38,131 bases of DNA from an uncultured Candidatus Saccharibacteria bacterium. GTDB lineage: Bacteria > Patescibacteriota > Minisyncoccia > GWC2-36-17 > CAYHJU01. Position 1 is the first letter of the stretch, and each line of letters opens with the position of its first letter. The DNA lies in assembly GCA_964357175.1 (NCBI GenBank), contig CAYHJU010000004.1, positions 1 through 38,131 on the forward strand, given 5' to 3'. The position numbers and the translations under genes were made by a program. The notes beneath the pieces are model-generated. The model was not told where the DNA came from and did no database searches. It worked only from the letters and a program-made list of their open reading frames with translations. Shown one piece after another: positions 36,779-38,131 of this stretch.

Positions 36779-38050
36779 ATGATGAGAAAAATTTTACAAA
36801 AAATCACTAAATTTTTAGCCCAGCTTGTCGTTAGAAGATATCAACCCAAGGTCATAGCTATCACAGGGAGTGTGGGAAAAACCAGCACCAAAGAGGCGAT
36901 ACGTACAGTTTTGGAGCATGAATTTAAGGTGAGAAGCGCTATTTTAAATCAAAACAATGAAATTGGTGTTCCGCTTACTATACTTGGTGAGCAAGGCGCC
37001 GGCAAAAATATTATGGGCTGGGTGACAATTTTTTTACATGCTGTATTTTTAATTTTGATAAAGTCTAAAAATTATCCGCAGATTTTGATTTTAGAATATG
37101 GAATAGATAAGCCAGGCGACATGGATTATTTGCTCTCTATCGCAAAGCCCTTGGTGGGAGTAATGACCTCTATTGGGGAAATTCCTGCGCATGTAGAATT
37201 TTTCTCGGGCTCAAAGGCGCTTGCTAAAGAAAAGTCCAAGATGATTTATGCTTTGCCAGAAAGGGGACTGGCGGTATTAAATTTTGATGATGCGGTTGTT
37301 TCTGCGATGCAAGATATTACAGACGCAAAATGCGTGACATATGGCTTTGGGCAGGGAGCAGATATTTTGGGGGATGAAATATCTATTTTACAGGATGTGG
37401 AAAAAGGCTTGCTGGGCACGACTTTTAAAGTTCATGCTGGCGGAAGTTTTGTGCCGGTGAGAATTTTAGGTTCTTTTGGTAAACCTCAGGCCTATGCGAT
37501 ATTGGCGGCTTTTGGAGTAGGAATGTTTTTAGGAATGAATTTGGTGGAAATTTCTCAGGCTTTGCAAAAGTATCAATCTTTGCCTGGCAGGACAAAAGTT
37601 ATTCCAGGCATAAAAAACTCTTTGATTATAGATGACACTTATAACGCATCGCCACTGTCAATGCACGCGGCGTTGGATTTTTTACAGGGCATCAGCGCGT
37701 CGCGTAAAATTGTTGTTTTGGGCGATATGCTTGAAATAGGTAAATATTCGGAAGAGGCCCACAGGAGCGTTGGTGATAAAGCTAAAAATATAGCCGACTT
37801 TATAATAACAGTAGGGGAGAGGGCTAAATTTATATACCAGGAGGCTTTGGAAAATAATTTTTCCCAAGATAATTTAAAACATTTTGAAACATCTAAAGAG
37901 GCCGGAGAATTTTTGGATAGAATAATTGAGGCGGGCGATGTCGTGCTTGTGAAAGGTTCTAGGGCCATGCGCATGGAAAAGGTGGTGTATGAGATCATGG
38001 AACATCCGGAGGAATCAAAGAAACTATTAGTAAAAGATCCTCTTTCTTAA
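36779..38050 (+). CDS. murF: UDP-N-acetylmuramoyl-tripeptide--D-Ala-D-Ala ligase
   Basis: ITGSVGKTSTK, NNEIGVPLT, DDTYNASP, VLGDMLEIG, VLVKGSR. Confidence 0.95.
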   Translation: MMRKILQKITKFLAQLVVRRYQPKVIAITGSVGKTSTKEAIRTVLEHEFKVRSAILNQNNEIGVPLTILGEQGAGKNIMGWVTIFLHAVFLILIKSKNYPQILILEYGIDKPGDMDYLLSIAKPLVGVMTSIGEIPAHVEFFSGSKALAKEKSKMIYALPERGLAVLNFDDAVVSAMQDITDAKCVTYGFGQGADILGDEISILQDVEKGLLGTTFKVHAGGSFVPVRILGSFGKPQAYAILAAFGVGMFLGMNLVEISQALQKYQSLPGRTKVIPGIKNSLIIDDTYNASPLSMHAALDFLQGISASRKIVVLGDMLEIGKYSEEAHRSVGDKAKNIADFIITVGERAKFIYQEALENNFSQDNLKHFETSKEAGEFLDRIIEAGDVVLVKGSRAMRMEKVVYEIMEHPEESKKLLVKDPLS

Positions 38051-38131
38051 TTTTAATTACCTGGAATTAAATAGGTTTGTTTTAGGCAAACACATTTTGC
38101 ACTCAAGACAACCTCAGAGCTTCATTAGGAG

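Overview
Low-GC bacterial chromosome segment using genetic code 11. Gene content and style suggest a Patescibacteria/CPR (Parcubacteria-like) genome; this is inferred, not proven. The core genes are groES-groEL (with CIRCE), a sortase plus likely substrate, ctpA, rplI, rpmA, sod, dsbA, znuCB-like, prfA-rpmE, rplJ-rplL (with L10 leader), tRNA-His, tRNA-Val and the start of the dcw cluster (mraZ-rsmH-ftsL-like-ftsI-murF). Three things stand out. (1) About 13 self-contained units, mostly orphan genes, are scattered among the core genes. Each has a sigma70 promoter, a short leader with a boxA-like motif (e.g. GATCTTTGAAAA) fused or close to a Shine-Dalgarno, an ORF and a terminator. Four share an ~85-bp promoter-hairpin-boxA-SD leader. 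Nearly all core genes instead have A/T-rich, SD-less leaders. (2) An aspartate-synthesis module (aminotransferase plus archaeal-type PEP carboxylase) lies behind an atypical Asp T-box with an ultrashort stem I, bracketed by 60-bp perfect inverted repeats next to tRNA-Val. (3) Several families of MITE/REP-like palindromic elements fill the intergenic space. All calls come from reading the sequence; no database search was run.
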